Shown: piece by piece, positions 1 to 9,308 of the stretch | Position numbering within the stretch: position 1 is the first letter of the stretch | Layout: each line of letters starts with the position of its first letter | Source: Candidatus Kuenenbacteria bacterium HGW-Kuenenbacteria-1 | Lineage (GTDB): Bacteria; Patescibacteriota; Patescibacteriia; UBA2591; PGYQ01 | Assembly: GCA_002839745.1 (NCBI GenBank) | Contig: PGYQ01000001.1 | Coordinates: 16,775 to 80,774, forward strand | Length of the DNA stretch: 64,000 bases | Direction: 5' to 3' | Notes under the pieces: generated by a model | Databases searched by the model: none | What the model was told of the DNA's origin: nothing | Seen by the model: the letters and a program-made list of their open reading frames with translations, nothing else | Made by a program: the position numbers and the translations under genes

Positions 1-5
1 AACAA

Positions 6-539
6 GTGTCACACGAAGGACGTCAATGGTATGTATTACATACTTATTCGGGATATGAAGAAAAAGTTGCTTCTAATCTTAAACAAAGAATAGAATCAAT
101 GAGCATGGAAGATAAAATTTTTAATATTTTAATTCCAACTGAAAAGAAAATAAAATTTAAGGGTGGGAAAAGAAAAACGATAATAGAAAAAATTTTTCCG
201 GGATATGTTTTAATAGAGATGATTGTTACTGATGATTCGTGGTATGTTGTTAGAAATACTCCGTCAGTAACAGGATTTATTGGCACAGGAGTTACGCCTA
301 CACCTATTTCAGAAGAAGAAATAAGGTCTTTGCAAAAACGAATGAAAATAGAAGAGCCAAAATATAAAATTGATGTTAATGTAGATACATTAGTAAAAAT
401 TGTAGACGGACCATTTAAAAATTTTGAAGGTAAAGTTATAGAAATAGATGAAGCTCGTGGGAGAATAAAAGTTTCAATTTCTGTTTTTGGACGAGAAACT
501 CCTGTAGAGTTAGATTTTTTGCAAATTAAAAAAATGTAA
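6..539 (+). CDS. nusG: Transcription termination/antitermination factor NusG
   Basis: NGN domain (WYVLHTYSGYE, FPGYVL) and KOW domain (DGPF..FEG, FGRETPVEL); GTG start. Confidence 0.97.
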   Translation: MSHEGRQWYVLHTYSGYEEKVASNLKQRIESMSMEDKIFNILIPTEKKIKFKGGKRKTIIEKIFPGYVLIEMIVTDDSWYVVRNTPSVTGFIGTGVTPTPISEEEIRSLQKRMKIEEPKYKIDVNVDTLVKIVDGPFKNFEGKVIEIDEARGRIKVSISVFGRETPVELDFLQIKKM

Positions 540-541
540 AT

Positions 542-570
542 TTTATGCTATATCCGATTAATAGCATAAA
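542..570 (+). terminator. Hairpin after nusG, possible terminator
   Basis: TTTATGCTAT-9nt-ATAGCATAAA inverted repeat immediately after the stop; AT-rich stem, no clear U-tract. Confidence 0.35.
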
Positions 571-572
571 TC

Positions 573-600
573 TTGACATATTTCTATTTTAAAATAGAAT
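573..600 (+). promoter_or_regulatory. Putative sigma70 promoter of rpsI
   Basis: TTGACA-16nt-TAGAAT about 40 bp upstream of the rpsI ATG. Confidence 0.45.
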
Positions 601-639
601 TAAGATAGTTATTTTTATTTCAATAAATTAAATAAAATT

Positions 640-1119
640 ATGGCCTTAAAAAAAGATACAATAAAAAAAGAAGAAGTAAAAAAAGAAGATGCTTCTATTC
701 AAGAAGGAGTTTTTTCAATTTTTGAAAATCGAAAATATATTTATGCTATAGGTAGAAGAAAAAGAGCAATAGCGCAAGTACGATATTACGAAAAAGGAAC
801 AGGGAAAATTATAGTTAATAATCAAGATTTTACAAAATATTTTCCATATTTTGTTTGGCAGAAAAATATAACAGATCCATTAACAAAAACTGGAAAGATT
901 GATAAAAGTGATATTTCTGTTTTAGTTAAAGGTGGTGGGAAAAATGGACAATCAGAAAGCATTAGACATGGTTTGTCTCGTATTTTAGTAAAAATTGAAC
1001 AGGAAACTAAACCAATTTTAAGAAAGAGTGGATTTTTAACTCGCGATCCTAGAGAAAAAGAAAGAAAAAAACCAGGTCTTAAAAAAGCTCGTCGCGCTCC
1101 GCAGTGGAAAAAGAGATAA
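640..1119 (+). CDS. rpsI: 30S ribosomal protein S9
   Basis: GRRK..A.V, GGG..GQ and C-terminal ERKKPGLKKARRAPQWKKR. Confidence 0.97.
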   Translation: MALKKDTIKKEEVKKEDASIQEGVFSIFENRKYIYAIGRRKRAIAQVRYYEKGTGKIIVNNQDFTKYFPYFVWQKNITDPLTKTGKIDKSDISVLVKGGGKNGQSESIRHGLSRILVKIEQETKPILRKSGFLTRDPREKERKKPGLKKARRAPQWKKR

Positions 1120-1252
1120 ATTTTTCATTATGAATTATCAAATTAATCATATTGAATTCGTAAAATGATTATTTAAAGGTAAAAAAATTGTTTGTTGTTA
1201 TAATTTTTCTAAAAAGAGGTTGTATTAAATTAAAAAAATATTAAAATATAAT

Positions 1253-1280
1253 AAAACCTCTTTTAAAAAAGAGGTTTTTT
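1253..1280 (+). terminator. Intrinsic terminator-like hairpin
   Basis: AAAACCTCTTTT-AA-AAAAGAGGTTTTTT. Confidence 0.55.
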
Positions 1281-1287
1281 ATATTCT

Positions 1288-1359
1288 GGCCTGGTAGCCA
1301 AGCAGTAAGGCATTGGTCTGCAAAACCAATACGCGTGGGTGCAATTCCCACCCAGGCCT
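1288..1359 (+). tRNA. tRNA-Cys(GCA), CCA not encoded
   Basis: Acceptor stem GGCCTGG/CCAGGCC, anticodon arm TTGGT-CTGCAAA-ACCAA, U73 discriminator; directly upstream of cysS. Confidence 0.93.
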
Positions 1360-1361
1360 TA

Positions 1362-1410
1362 AAAAGTTAAAAGTTAAAAGTTGAAAGTTAAAAGTTGAAA
1401 GTTGAAAATT
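1362..1410. repeat. Heptamer tandem array (RAAAGTT) x7
   Basis: AAAAGTT/GAAAGTT units between tRNA-Cys and cysS, last unit GAAAATT. Confidence 0.9.
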
Positions 1411-1423
1411 GTATTTATTATTT

Positions 1424-2800
1424 ATGCTTAAAATTTATAACACTTTAACGCGAAAAAAAGAGGAGTTTAAATCAATTAAAAAAAACGAAATTGGACTTTA
1501 TACCTGCGGTCCAACTGTTTATAATTTTGCTCATATTGGTAATTTGCGAACATATATTTTTGAGGATATTTTAAATCGTGTTTTACTTTATAATCATTAT
1601 AAAGTAAAACATGTAATGAATATAACTGATGTTGGGCATTTAACAGGGGATCAAGATATGGGGGAAGATAAATTAGAAAAAGGAGCAAAAAAAGAAAATA
1701 AAACAGTTTGGGAAATTGTGGAATTTTATACTAAGGCATTTAAAGATGATTTAAAATTATTAAATATATTAGAACCTCATATTTGGTGTAAAGCGACTGA
1801 TTACATAAAAGAGCAAATTGATTTAATTAAAATTTTAGAAAAAAAAGGTTATACATATAAGACAAGCGATGGTATTTATTATGATACTTCAAAATTTAAA
1901 GATTATAATAAATTAAGTCATCTTGATTTAGAAACTTTGCAAGAAGGCGCGCGAGTTGAAAAAAATGAAGAGAAAAAAAATCCGACTGATTTTGCTTTAT
2001 GGAAATTTTCGCCCAAAGATTCTAAAAGACAGATGGAGTGGAATTCTACTTGGGGAATTGGTTTTCCTGGTTGGCATATAGAATGTTCGGCAATGAGTTT
2101 AAAACTTTTAGGCGATCAACTTGATATTCATTGTGGCGGGATGGATCATATTAATATTCATCATACAAATGAAATTGCTCAGTCTGAAGTAGCTACTGGG
2201 AAAAAGTTTTTTAATTATTGGATACATGGAGCTTTTTTAAATATTGCTGAAGGGAAAAAAATGGCAAAAAGCAAAGAGAATTTTCTTACATTAGAAAACG
2301 CTTTTATTAAACAAAATATTAACCCCTTGGTTTATAGGTTTTCAGTTTTACAAACGCATTATAGAAAGCCAATGGAATATAGCCAAAATGGAGCGGAAAA
2401 TGCTCAAAATGGGTTAGAGCATTTATATAATCAAATAAAAAAATTAGGCAAAGACATCGGCGATATTGATCATAATTTTAAAGAGAAATTTTTAAAAGCA
2501 GTAAATAATGATTTAAATATGCCACAAGCATTGAGCGTGGTTCAAGAATTATTAAAATCAGATATAGCTAACCAAGATAAATTAAAAACTATTTTAGATT
2601 TTGATAAGGTTTTGGGATTAAATTTGGGGAAAATAAAAATAAATAAAATTCCAAAAGAAATTTTAGATTTAGTTTCTCAACGAGAAAAGGCTCGTAAGAA
2701 AAAAAATTGGCAAAAATCTGATGAAATTCGTCAAGAAATTGAAAAATTGGGTTATCAAGTTGAAGACACAAAACAAGGTTCAAAAATAAATAGCATTTAA
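1424..2800 (+). CDS. cysS: Cysteine--tRNA ligase
   Basis: [25 protein letters not shown]; ATG at 1424 preferred over the upstream TTG. Confidence 0.97.
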   Translation: MLKIYNTLTRKKEEFKSIKKNEIGLYTCGPTVYNFAHIGNLRTYIFEDILNRVLLYNHYKVKHVMNITDVGHLTGDQDMGEDKLEKGAKKENKTVWEIVEFYTKAFKDDLKLLNILEPHIWCKATDYIKEQIDLIKILEKKGYTYKTSDGIYYDTSKFKDYNKLSHLDLETLQEGARVEKNEEKKNPTDFALWKFSPKDSKRQMEWNSTWGIGFPGWHIECSAMSLKLLGDQLDIHCGGMDHINIHHTNEIAQSEVATGKKFFNYWIHGAFLNIAEGKKMAKSKENFLTLENAFIKQNINPLVYRFSVLQTHYRKPMEYSQNGAENAQNGLEHLYNQIKKLGKDIGDIDHNFKEKFLKAVNNDLNMPQALSVVQELLKSDIANQDKLKTILDFDKVLGLNLGKIKINKIPKEILDLVSQREKARKKKNWQKSDEIRQEIEKLGYQVEDTKQGSKINSI

Positions 2801-2866
2801 AAAAAGAAATTGTTAAAATTTAATAATTAATTTCTTTAGCGTTTTAATAAACCTAGAGCCTATTTT

Positions 2867-4030
2867 ATGAAAAAAATAATTGCCTTATCTATTATATTTT
2901 TTTGTTTTTTATTATTTCCATTTTCTTTTTCGCAAGCAATTGTCCAAAAAACAGGAGAAAGTATTCGTCTTAATTCAAATGAAATTATTGATGATGATTT
3001 TATTGCTTTCGGACAAAATATAGAAATTAATGGATTAATTAAGGGTGATCTTTTTGTTTTTGCCAAAAATATTACCATCAATGGAAATATTGAAGGAGAT
3101 GTTATTGGTTTTACTCAACAAATTACAATTAATGGAAATGTAAATGGGAATATTAGAATTTTAGGAGAAACTATAAATTTTAATAATCAAATAGATAAAA
3201 ATGTTAATGTTTTGGGACAAAATATTATTTTTTCTGAGAAAAGTAAGATTAAAAAAAATTTATTAATTTTGGGAGAAAGCATTGATGTAAATGGAAAAAT
3301 TGATGGCAATATTTTTGGCAATGGGAAAAAAATTTCTTTGGCCGGAGAAAATAATAAAAATGTTTATTTAAATACAACAGCTCTTGTTTTACAACCTAAA
3401 ACAATTATTAATGGAAATTTAGATTATGTTGCGTCTCAAAAAGCGGAAATAAAATCTGGCGCTCAAATTTTAGGAAAAACTTTGTATAAAATTCCATCCT
3501 TTGAAAAACAAGAAAAAAAATATACTATTGCTTTTTTCTTTTGGAAATTAGTTTCTTTGTTTGGGTTTTTAATTATTGGTTTAATTTTTATTTCTTTATT
3601 TCCTAAGAAAACATTGGAAATAATTAATCAAATTAAAAAAACGCCATGGAAAAATTTAGGCTATGGAATAATTTGTTTTATTGTTGTGCCGATAATCGCG
3701 CTTTTTTTAATTGCTATGCTCATTGGAATTCCATTGGCTTTTATTGGAATGTGTTTATATTTCATCTTTTTATATTTAGCTCAACTTTTTGTTGGTTTAA
3801 CAATTGGCGTAGAAATAGATAAAAAAATTAGAAAACCAAAAGAGATCGTTTTGCCAGCTGGCGAACAAGAACAAAAAAATAATTTAATTTGGCCAATGAT
3901 TTTAGGAATGATTATTTTAATAATTTTATTTAACATTCCTTATTTAGGTTGGGCTTTTAAATTAATAGTTATTTGTATGGGATTGGGAGGAATGATAGGG
4001 ATAGTTAAAAGTTCAAAGTGTAAAGTGTAA
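2867..4030 (+). CDS. Secreted/membrane protein with bactofilin-like (polymer-forming) beta-helix repeats and C-terminal TM helices
   Basis: Signal peptide, repeated I.G.V.GD/N.....G..I motifs, several C-terminal hydrophobic helices. Confidence 0.7.
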   Translation: MKKIIALSIIFFCFLLFPFSFSQAIVQKTGESIRLNSNEIIDDDFIAFGQNIEINGLIKGDLFVFAKNITINGNIEGDVIGFTQQITINGNVNGNIRILGETINFNNQIDKNVNVLGQNIIFSEKSKIKKNLLILGESIDVNGKIDGNIFGNGKKISLAGENNKNVYLNTTALVLQPKTIINGNLDYVASQKAEIKSGAQILGKTLYKIPSFEKQEKKYTIAFFFWKLVSLFGFLIIGLIFISLFPKKTLEIINQIKKTPWKNLGYGIICFIVVPIIALFLIAMLIGIPLAFIGMCLYFIFLYLAQLFVGLTIGVEIDKKIRKPKEIVLPAGEQEQKNNLIWPMILGMIILIILFNIPYLGWAFKLIVICMGLGGMIGIVKSSKCKV

Positions 4031-4121
4031 AGTTAAAGAAATTTTAAATTTTTCTGTTATCTTAATCGAGGTTATATTTTGGTTTTGACACTCAAATATA
4101 ACAATAATTCTTTGCGCGAGA

Positions 4122-4150
4122 GACCTGTTGAAGACAGTCTTCAACAGGTC
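4122..4150. repeat. Perfect palindrome (REP-like)
   Basis: GACCTGTTGAAGAC-A-GTCTTCAACAGGTC; related copy inside topA at 52446-52468. Confidence 0.85.
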
Positions 4151-4189
4151 AACATTTTTTTGCTTATTTTATTTTCTAAAGTTTTTTTT

Positions 4190-5701
4190 ATGAAAAATCA
4201 AATGAAAGTTTTATTTGTAGGAGGGGAGTTGACGCCTATTGCTAAAGTAGGCGGATTAGCTGATGTTATTGGTGCTTTACCAAAGGCATTAAAAAAACTC
4301 GGAGTGGATGTAAAAATTATTATTCCAAAATACGGAATCATTGACGAAAAAAAATATCCTCTAAAAAAAATTGCTAGTGATATAAAAATTCCTTTTTATA
4401 ATCAAGAGGAATTAGTTAATGTTTATTCCTGTTTTTTGCCAGACACTCAAAGACAAGTAGAGGTTTATTTGATTGAAAATTTAAAATATTTAAGTGAGGG
4501 CGAAATTTATTTTACCATTGACGCTTCTTCATCCGGCGCGCTTAATGAATGTCAACGGTTTGTTTTTTTTACCAAATGCGTTGCGGAAATTTTTTTAAAT
4601 AACAAAATAGATTGGCAACCAGATATTTTTCATTGTCATGATTGGCACACTGGATTTTTACCCTTATTAATAAAAATTCAATCTGTTAATTTACAAATGA
4701 AACAAAAAACTTTATTTACAATTCATAATTTTGCTTATCAAGGTAAATATAATCCTCAAGAAATTTTAAAAATGCTTAATTTAAAAGAACAAGATTGGCC
4801 TTGTTTGCGAGAAAGAACAAAAAATCAATTTAAAGATCTCAATGCCGTTCAGCAAGCCATTTTAAACGCAGATTTAATTAATACTGTGAGTCCAACCTAC
4901 GCGCAAGAAATTTTAACCCCAGAATTTGGTGAAAAATTAGAAAATAATTTACAAAAAAGAAAGGCTAATCTTTCTGGTATTCTTAATGGGATTGATGTGG
5001 ATTTTTTTAATCCAGCAACAGATTTAACTTTAATAAAAAATTATGGATTAGAAATGCCTAAAGAAAAAATATTAGAAAATAAAAAAGAAAACAAAGAGTA
5101 TCTTCAAAAAAATTGTAATTTAAAAATTGATTCTAATGTGCCTTTGATTGGTTTAATTTCGCGAGTTGCTGAGCAAAAGGGATTTGATTTAATTATTAAA
5201 ATTTTTGATAAATTAATGGAATTAGATTTACAATTTGTTTTATTAGGCACGGGCGATCCAAAAATGGAAAAAACATTAGCAGAATTGTCTTTAAAATATC
5301 CTGATAAATTTTCTTGTAATCTTAAATTTAATACAAAAGTAGCTCAGCAAATTTATGCTGGTTCGGATATATTTTTAATGCCTTCACATTTTGAACCATG
5401 TGGTTTGGGTCAAATGATTGCCATGCGATATGGAACTACACCAATCGTCAGAGCCTGTGGTGGGCTAAAAGATACAGTTGAAAATTATTCATTACAAACT
5501 ATTCATTATAAATTAGGGATGGGTTTTGTTTTTGAAAAGTATGAAGCAAATGAGATGTTAAATTCAATCAAAGAGGCGTTAGAGATTTATAAAGATAAAA
5601 AGGCTTGGCAAGAAATAATTTTTCATAATATGCGACAAGATTTTTCTTGGGAAAACTCAGCTAAAAAATATTTAGAATTATACAAAAAACTCCTAAAATA
5701 G
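4190..5701 (+). CDS. glgA: Glycogen synthase (GT5)
   Basis: KVGGLADV, HCHDWH, TIHN.AYQG, FEPCGL.Q; start at 4190 or 4202. Confidence 0.93.
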   Translation: MKNQMKVLFVGGELTPIAKVGGLADVIGALPKALKKLGVDVKIIIPKYGIIDEKKYPLKKIASDIKIPFYNQEELVNVYSCFLPDTQRQVEVYLIENLKYLSEGEIYFTIDASSSGALNECQRFVFFTKCVAEIFLNNKIDWQPDIFHCHDWHTGFLPLLIKIQSVNLQMKQKTLFTIHNFAYQGKYNPQEILKMLNLKEQDWPCLRERTKNQFKDLNAVQQAILNADLINTVSPTYAQEILTPEFGEKLENNLQKRKANLSGILNGIDVDFFNPATDLTLIKNYGLEMPKEKILENKKENKEYLQKNCNLKIDSNVPLIGLISRVAEQKGFDLIIKIFDKLMELDLQFVLLGTGDPKMEKTLAELSLKYPDKFSCNLKFNTKVAQQIYAGSDIFLMPSHFEPCGLGQMIAMRYGTTPIVRACGGLKDTVENYSLQTIHYKLGMGFVFEKYEANEMLNSIKEALEIYKDKKAWQEIIFHNMRQDFSWENSAKKYLELYKKLLK

Positions 5702-5711
5702 GAGTTTTTTT
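5684..5711. terminator. Bidirectional intrinsic terminator
   Basis: AAAAAACTCCT-AAAAT-AGGAGTTTTTTT overlapping the glgA stop, facing the convergent tRNA/dnaX unit. Confidence 0.7.
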
Positions 5712-5821
5712 GTTAGAAAAGTTTTAAGGAATTTTATTTTTTTAATTTAATATTAGTTCCAAGAGCTTTTATTAATTGAAAAAATGTTGGAAAAGTTTTA
5801 TTAAGTTTGCATATTAAAAAT

Positions 5822-5895
5822 TGGCTCGGGGACAGGGATTCGAACCCCGATCTTAAGGACCAGAACCTGACGTCCTACCATTAGACGATCCCCGA
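5822..5895 (-). tRNA. tRNA-Gln(CTG)
   Basis: Reverse strand TCGGGGA...TCCCCGA-G-CCA, anticodon loop TT-CTG-GT, T-loop TTCGAAT; one mismatch in the anticodon stem. Confidence 0.92.
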
Positions 5896-5972
5896 AAAAA
5901 ATAATTATTTATAAATATTTTTACGATCAAGAGAATTTTTATATTAATGTTTCAAGATAATTTAAATATTTA

Positions 5973-7568
5973 TTATTCTACAATTTTTCCATCAAATACA
6001 TTTAAAATATTATTTAAAAATTTATCTTGATTTTCTTCAAGAAAACCATTTTTTATAGGAAGAATTTCTGTTTTAAGAATAACTTTTTGTTTTAAAATAT
6101 CTTCTAAAATATTTTCAATTATTTCTTTATTTTTTCTATCATTAATTCTTTCCTGATAAAACTTATGTTCAAATCCAATTTGCAATATATTTTCTTTAAA
6201 GGAAAGTAACTCTGTTGTTCTTAAAAAAGTAAAAATAGAATGATTATGTTTTTTAATTTTTTCTAAAATTTTTCCCCATTTTTCTTTAATTTCTTCTAAT
6301 TTAATTTTAGATTCTTTATTTAAGGTTTCAGATTTCAGATTTTCTGTTTCATTATTTTTTGCTTTTCGCTTTTCGCTTTTCGCTTCATTGTTTTCTGGGC
6401 GTACGCAAGGGTATGCCCTTACAAAATTGTTTTTTTGTTCCATTGTTTTATTGTTTTCTTGTTCTATTATTTCATCATTTTCTATAATTTCTAAAATAGC
6501 TATTTCTAATGGCAATTGAATAATATCTGTTTCGCCTAATTCTTTTTGTGTTTTAATTAAAATTTCAATTGCTTTGCTTAATTTTTTTATATTGATTTTT
6601 TCCGTTAATTTTAAAATTTTCTTTTCAATTTCTTTATCCATTTCTTGAGAGAAGTTGTTAAGGTTGAGATCTATTTTTATTAATAAAATTTTTCGCATTA
6701 TTTCAATACAATCATTAATAAAATATTTTAAATCAATCCCTTGTTCTACTAATTTATTAATTAAAATTAAAGTGGCTTTTTTATTGTTTTCAAAAAGATG
6801 TTCTAATAATTCTAAAATTAAATTAAAGTTAGAGTGTGGGAGAATCAATTCGGCTTGTTCAAGATTTATTTCTTTTTCTCCTAAAACTAAAATTTGACCA
6901 AGAAGACTTTCGGCATTTCGAAGATATCCTTGGCTTTGATGAGCGATATTTTTTATAATTTGAGGATCAACTTTTATTTTTTCTAAATCACAAATTTTTT
7001 CTAATTTTTTTGTAATTTCTAAAAAATTAATTTTTTTAAAATTAAATTGTTGGCAACGAGAAATAATTGTTTCTGGGATTTTGTGAATTTCAGTGGTGGC
7101 TAAAATAAAAATAATATGAGCCGGTGGTTCTTCTAAAATTTTTAAAAGAGCGTTAAAAGCGGAAAGAGAAAGCATATGAGCTTCATCAATAATAAAAATT
7201 TTATAATTAAGATTATGAGGGATAAAACGGGAATTTTCAATAATATTTTCTCGAACATTATCTACTCCTGTTTGTGAAGCAGCATCAATTTCCATTATAT
7301 CTAAAGATTTTCCTTCGCTAATTTCATTACAAAAAGTACATTTATTACAAGGTTCTGCATCTTTTTTATTTCTGTTTTTACAATTAATCGCTTTGGCTAA
7401 AAGACGAGCGCAAGTGGTTTTTCCTGTTCCTCTAGGCCCAGAAAATAAATAGGCATGATTAATTTGATTAGTTTTAATTTGATTTTCCAAAGTAATTTTA
7501 ATATGATCTTGACCAACCAAATCTTTAAAAGTTTGTGGTCTATATTTTCGGTAAAGTGTTAAATTCAT
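5973..7568 (-). CDS. dnaX: DNA polymerase III subunit tau/gamma
   Basis: LYRKYRPQTF, GPRGTGKTT, zinc-binding Cys cluster, DEAHML, SRCQ. Confidence 0.96.
   Translation of the reverse strand: MNLTLYRKYRPQTFKDLVGQDHIKITLENQIKTNQINHAYLFSGPRGTGKTTCARLLAKAINCKNRNKKDAEPCNKCTFCNEISEGKSLDIMEIDAASQTGVDNVRENIIENSRFIPHNLNYKIFIIDEAHMLSLSAFNALLKILEEPPAHIIFILATTEIHKIPETIISRCQQFNFKKINFLEITKKLEKICDLEKIKVDPQIIKNIAHQSQGYLRNAESLLGQILVLGEKEINLEQAELILPHSNFNLILELLEHLFENNKKATLILINKLVEQGIDLKYFINDCIEIMRKILLIKIDLNLNNFSQEMDKEIEKKILKLTEKINIKKLSKAIEILIKTQKELGETDIIQLPLEIAILEIIENDEIIEQENNKTMEQKNNFVRAYPCVRPENNEAKSEKRKAKNNETENLKSETLNKESKIKLEEIKEKWGKILEKIKKHNHSIFTFLRTTELLSFKENILQIGFEHKFYQERINDRKNKEIIENILEDILKQKVILKTEILPIKNGFLEENQDKFLNNILNVFDGKIVE
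6392..6422 (-). repeat. GTAG-family REP copy in-frame within dnaX
   Basis: 29/31 identical to intergenic REP 28198-28228; encodes VRAYPCVRPE. Confidence 0.9.
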
Positions 7569-7581
7569 AATAAATTTTTAA

Positions 7582-8691
7582 TTAAAAAATTCTTAAAAGT
7601 GCTTTTAAAATTTTTCCACCAAATTTAACGATATCTTGATAAGTGATGATTATAATTAATAGCATTAATAAAGCGAATCCAATACTATGAGTGATATTTT
7701 CTATTTCTTGATTAATTGGTTTTCTTCTAATTTTTTCAATTATTAAAAAAAGTATTCTTCCACCATCTAATGCTGGAAATGGGATAAAATTAATAACTGC
7801 TAAATTTAAAGAAAGTAAGGCGGTAAATTGAAGAATGTAAATAAATCCTAAATTAACCATCTGTTTTGTCATTATAACAATTCCAACAGGTCCAGAAATA
7901 TCTGCTGATAATGTTTGATGAATAATTAAATTTTTAATTAATAAACAAAAGGCTTTAATTATTTCAAAGGTTAAAAAAATGGTTGTTTTGGCTCCTAAAT
8001 AAATGGATTGATGCCAAGAATATGAAATAATTCCAGTACTAACTAATTGAGTACCTATTATTTTTCCATTGACTTTTTCAGAAAATTCTGGATAAATTTT
8101 TTTTTCTAAAAACTTATCTCCTCTTTTAATTTTTATTATGGTTTCTTTTTCAATATTTTTTATATATTTTTGAAATAAAGAAACATCTTCAAATTTTTGT
8201 CCATCTACTTCAGAAATAACATCGCCTAATTGAATTCCTGCTTTTTGAGCTGGAGAGTTTTCTAAAACTGACATAATTTGAATTTGTGGCTGATTGATTT
8301 TTTTTGCTCCTTTAATAGTTTCTTTATTTAATGCTTGTGGAAAACCAATCATAAATCCAATAGAAAATAATATGAATGCTAAAAAAACATTCATGATTAC
8401 GCCAGCAGAAATAATGGCTACTTTTTCTGAAATTTTTTTTGAAACAAAACTATCTTTTTCAGAAGGATTGCCACCTTCATCTCCTTTGATTTTACAAAAT
8501 CCTCCCAAAGGAATCCAATTTAAAGAAAAAAGCGTTCCTGCTTTTTTGATACCAAAAATTCGTGGAGGAAATCCAAAACCAAATTCTTCTACAGTTACAC
8601 CCATTTTTCGAGCAACAAAAAAATGTCCAAATTCATGGACAAGAACCAATAGCCCTAAAATTACAATAAAAACAATAATAGTTAAAAACAT
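7582..8691 (-). CDS. rseP: RIP metalloprotease RseP (M50 with PDZ)
   Basis: HEFGH, GFGFPP, PDZ segment, NFIPFPALDGG. Confidence 0.93.
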   Translation of the reverse strand: MFLTIIVFIVILGLLVLVHEFGHFFVARKMGVTVEEFGFGFPPRIFGIKKAGTLFSLNWIPLGGFCKIKGDEGGNPSEKDSFVSKKISEKVAIISAGVIMNVFLAFILFSIGFMIGFPQALNKETIKGAKKINQPQIQIMSVLENSPAQKAGIQLGDVISEVDGQKFEDVSLFQKYIKNIEKETIIKIKRGDKFLEKKIYPEFSEKVNGKIIGTQLVSTGIISYSWHQSIYLGAKTTIFLTFEIIKAFCLLIKNLIIHQTLSADISGPVGIVIMTKQMVNLGFIYILQFTALLSLNLAVINFIPFPALDGGRILFLIIEKIRRKPINQEIENITHSIGFALLMLLIIIITYQDIVKFGGKILKALLRIF

Positions 8692-8726
8692 ATTTAAGAA
8701 ATTAAAAATTATAAATTAAAAATTAA

Positions 8727-9284
8727 TTAGATTGTCATTATTTCTTTTTCTTTTTTTATTTCTATTTCTTTAAGTTTTTCATTATATTCTTCAACAACTT
8801 TATCTAATTCTTTGAAATAATAAAATTTATCATCTTCTGAAATTTGTTTTTCTTGTTCTTGTTTTTGTATTTCTTTTTTTATTTCATCTCTAATTTGTCG
8901 AAAACTTACTCTTGTTTGTTCAAGTTTTTGATGAACTATTTGGACTATTTCTTTTCTTAGTTCTCCTGTCATTGGCGGAATATTTAGTCTAATCATTGTT
9001 CCATCTACTGCGCAAGGAAGATTCAGACTAGATATTGAAATCGATTTTTCAATATCTTTTAAAAGATTTTTATCCCATGGTTGAATAATAATTGTTTTTG
9101 CGTCAGATATATTAATACTAGCTAATTGTTTTAAAGGCATTTGTCCATCATAAGCCTTAATTATTAAATCTTCAACTAGCGCTGGATTAGCTCGGCCAAT
9201 TCTTAATTTTTCTAAATCTTTTTCAAAAAAAATAATTGTTTTTTCAAATTCTGGTTTGTGCGATTCAATCAAATTTAGTTCCAT
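8727..9284 (-). CDS. frr: Ribosome recycling factor
   Basis: R.GRANPALV, IQPWDK, IPPMT.E.R. Confidence 0.95.
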   Translation of the reverse strand: MELNLIESHKPEFEKTIIFFEKDLEKLRIGRANPALVEDLIIKAYDGQMPLKQLASINISDAKTIIIQPWDKNLLKDIEKSISISSLNLPCAVDGTMIRLNIPPMTGELRKEIVQIVHQKLEQTRVSFRQIRDEIKKEIQKQEQEKQISEDDKFYYFKELDKVVEEYNEKLKEIEIKKEKEIMTI

Positions 9285-9308
9285 AAAAAAATATTAAAAA
9301 ATTAAAAT

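Noticed and set aside
4079-4189. N-terminal extension of GlgA in the ORF track
   Set aside because: The TTG-start extension crosses a promoter-like region and a palindrome; homology begins at MKVLF
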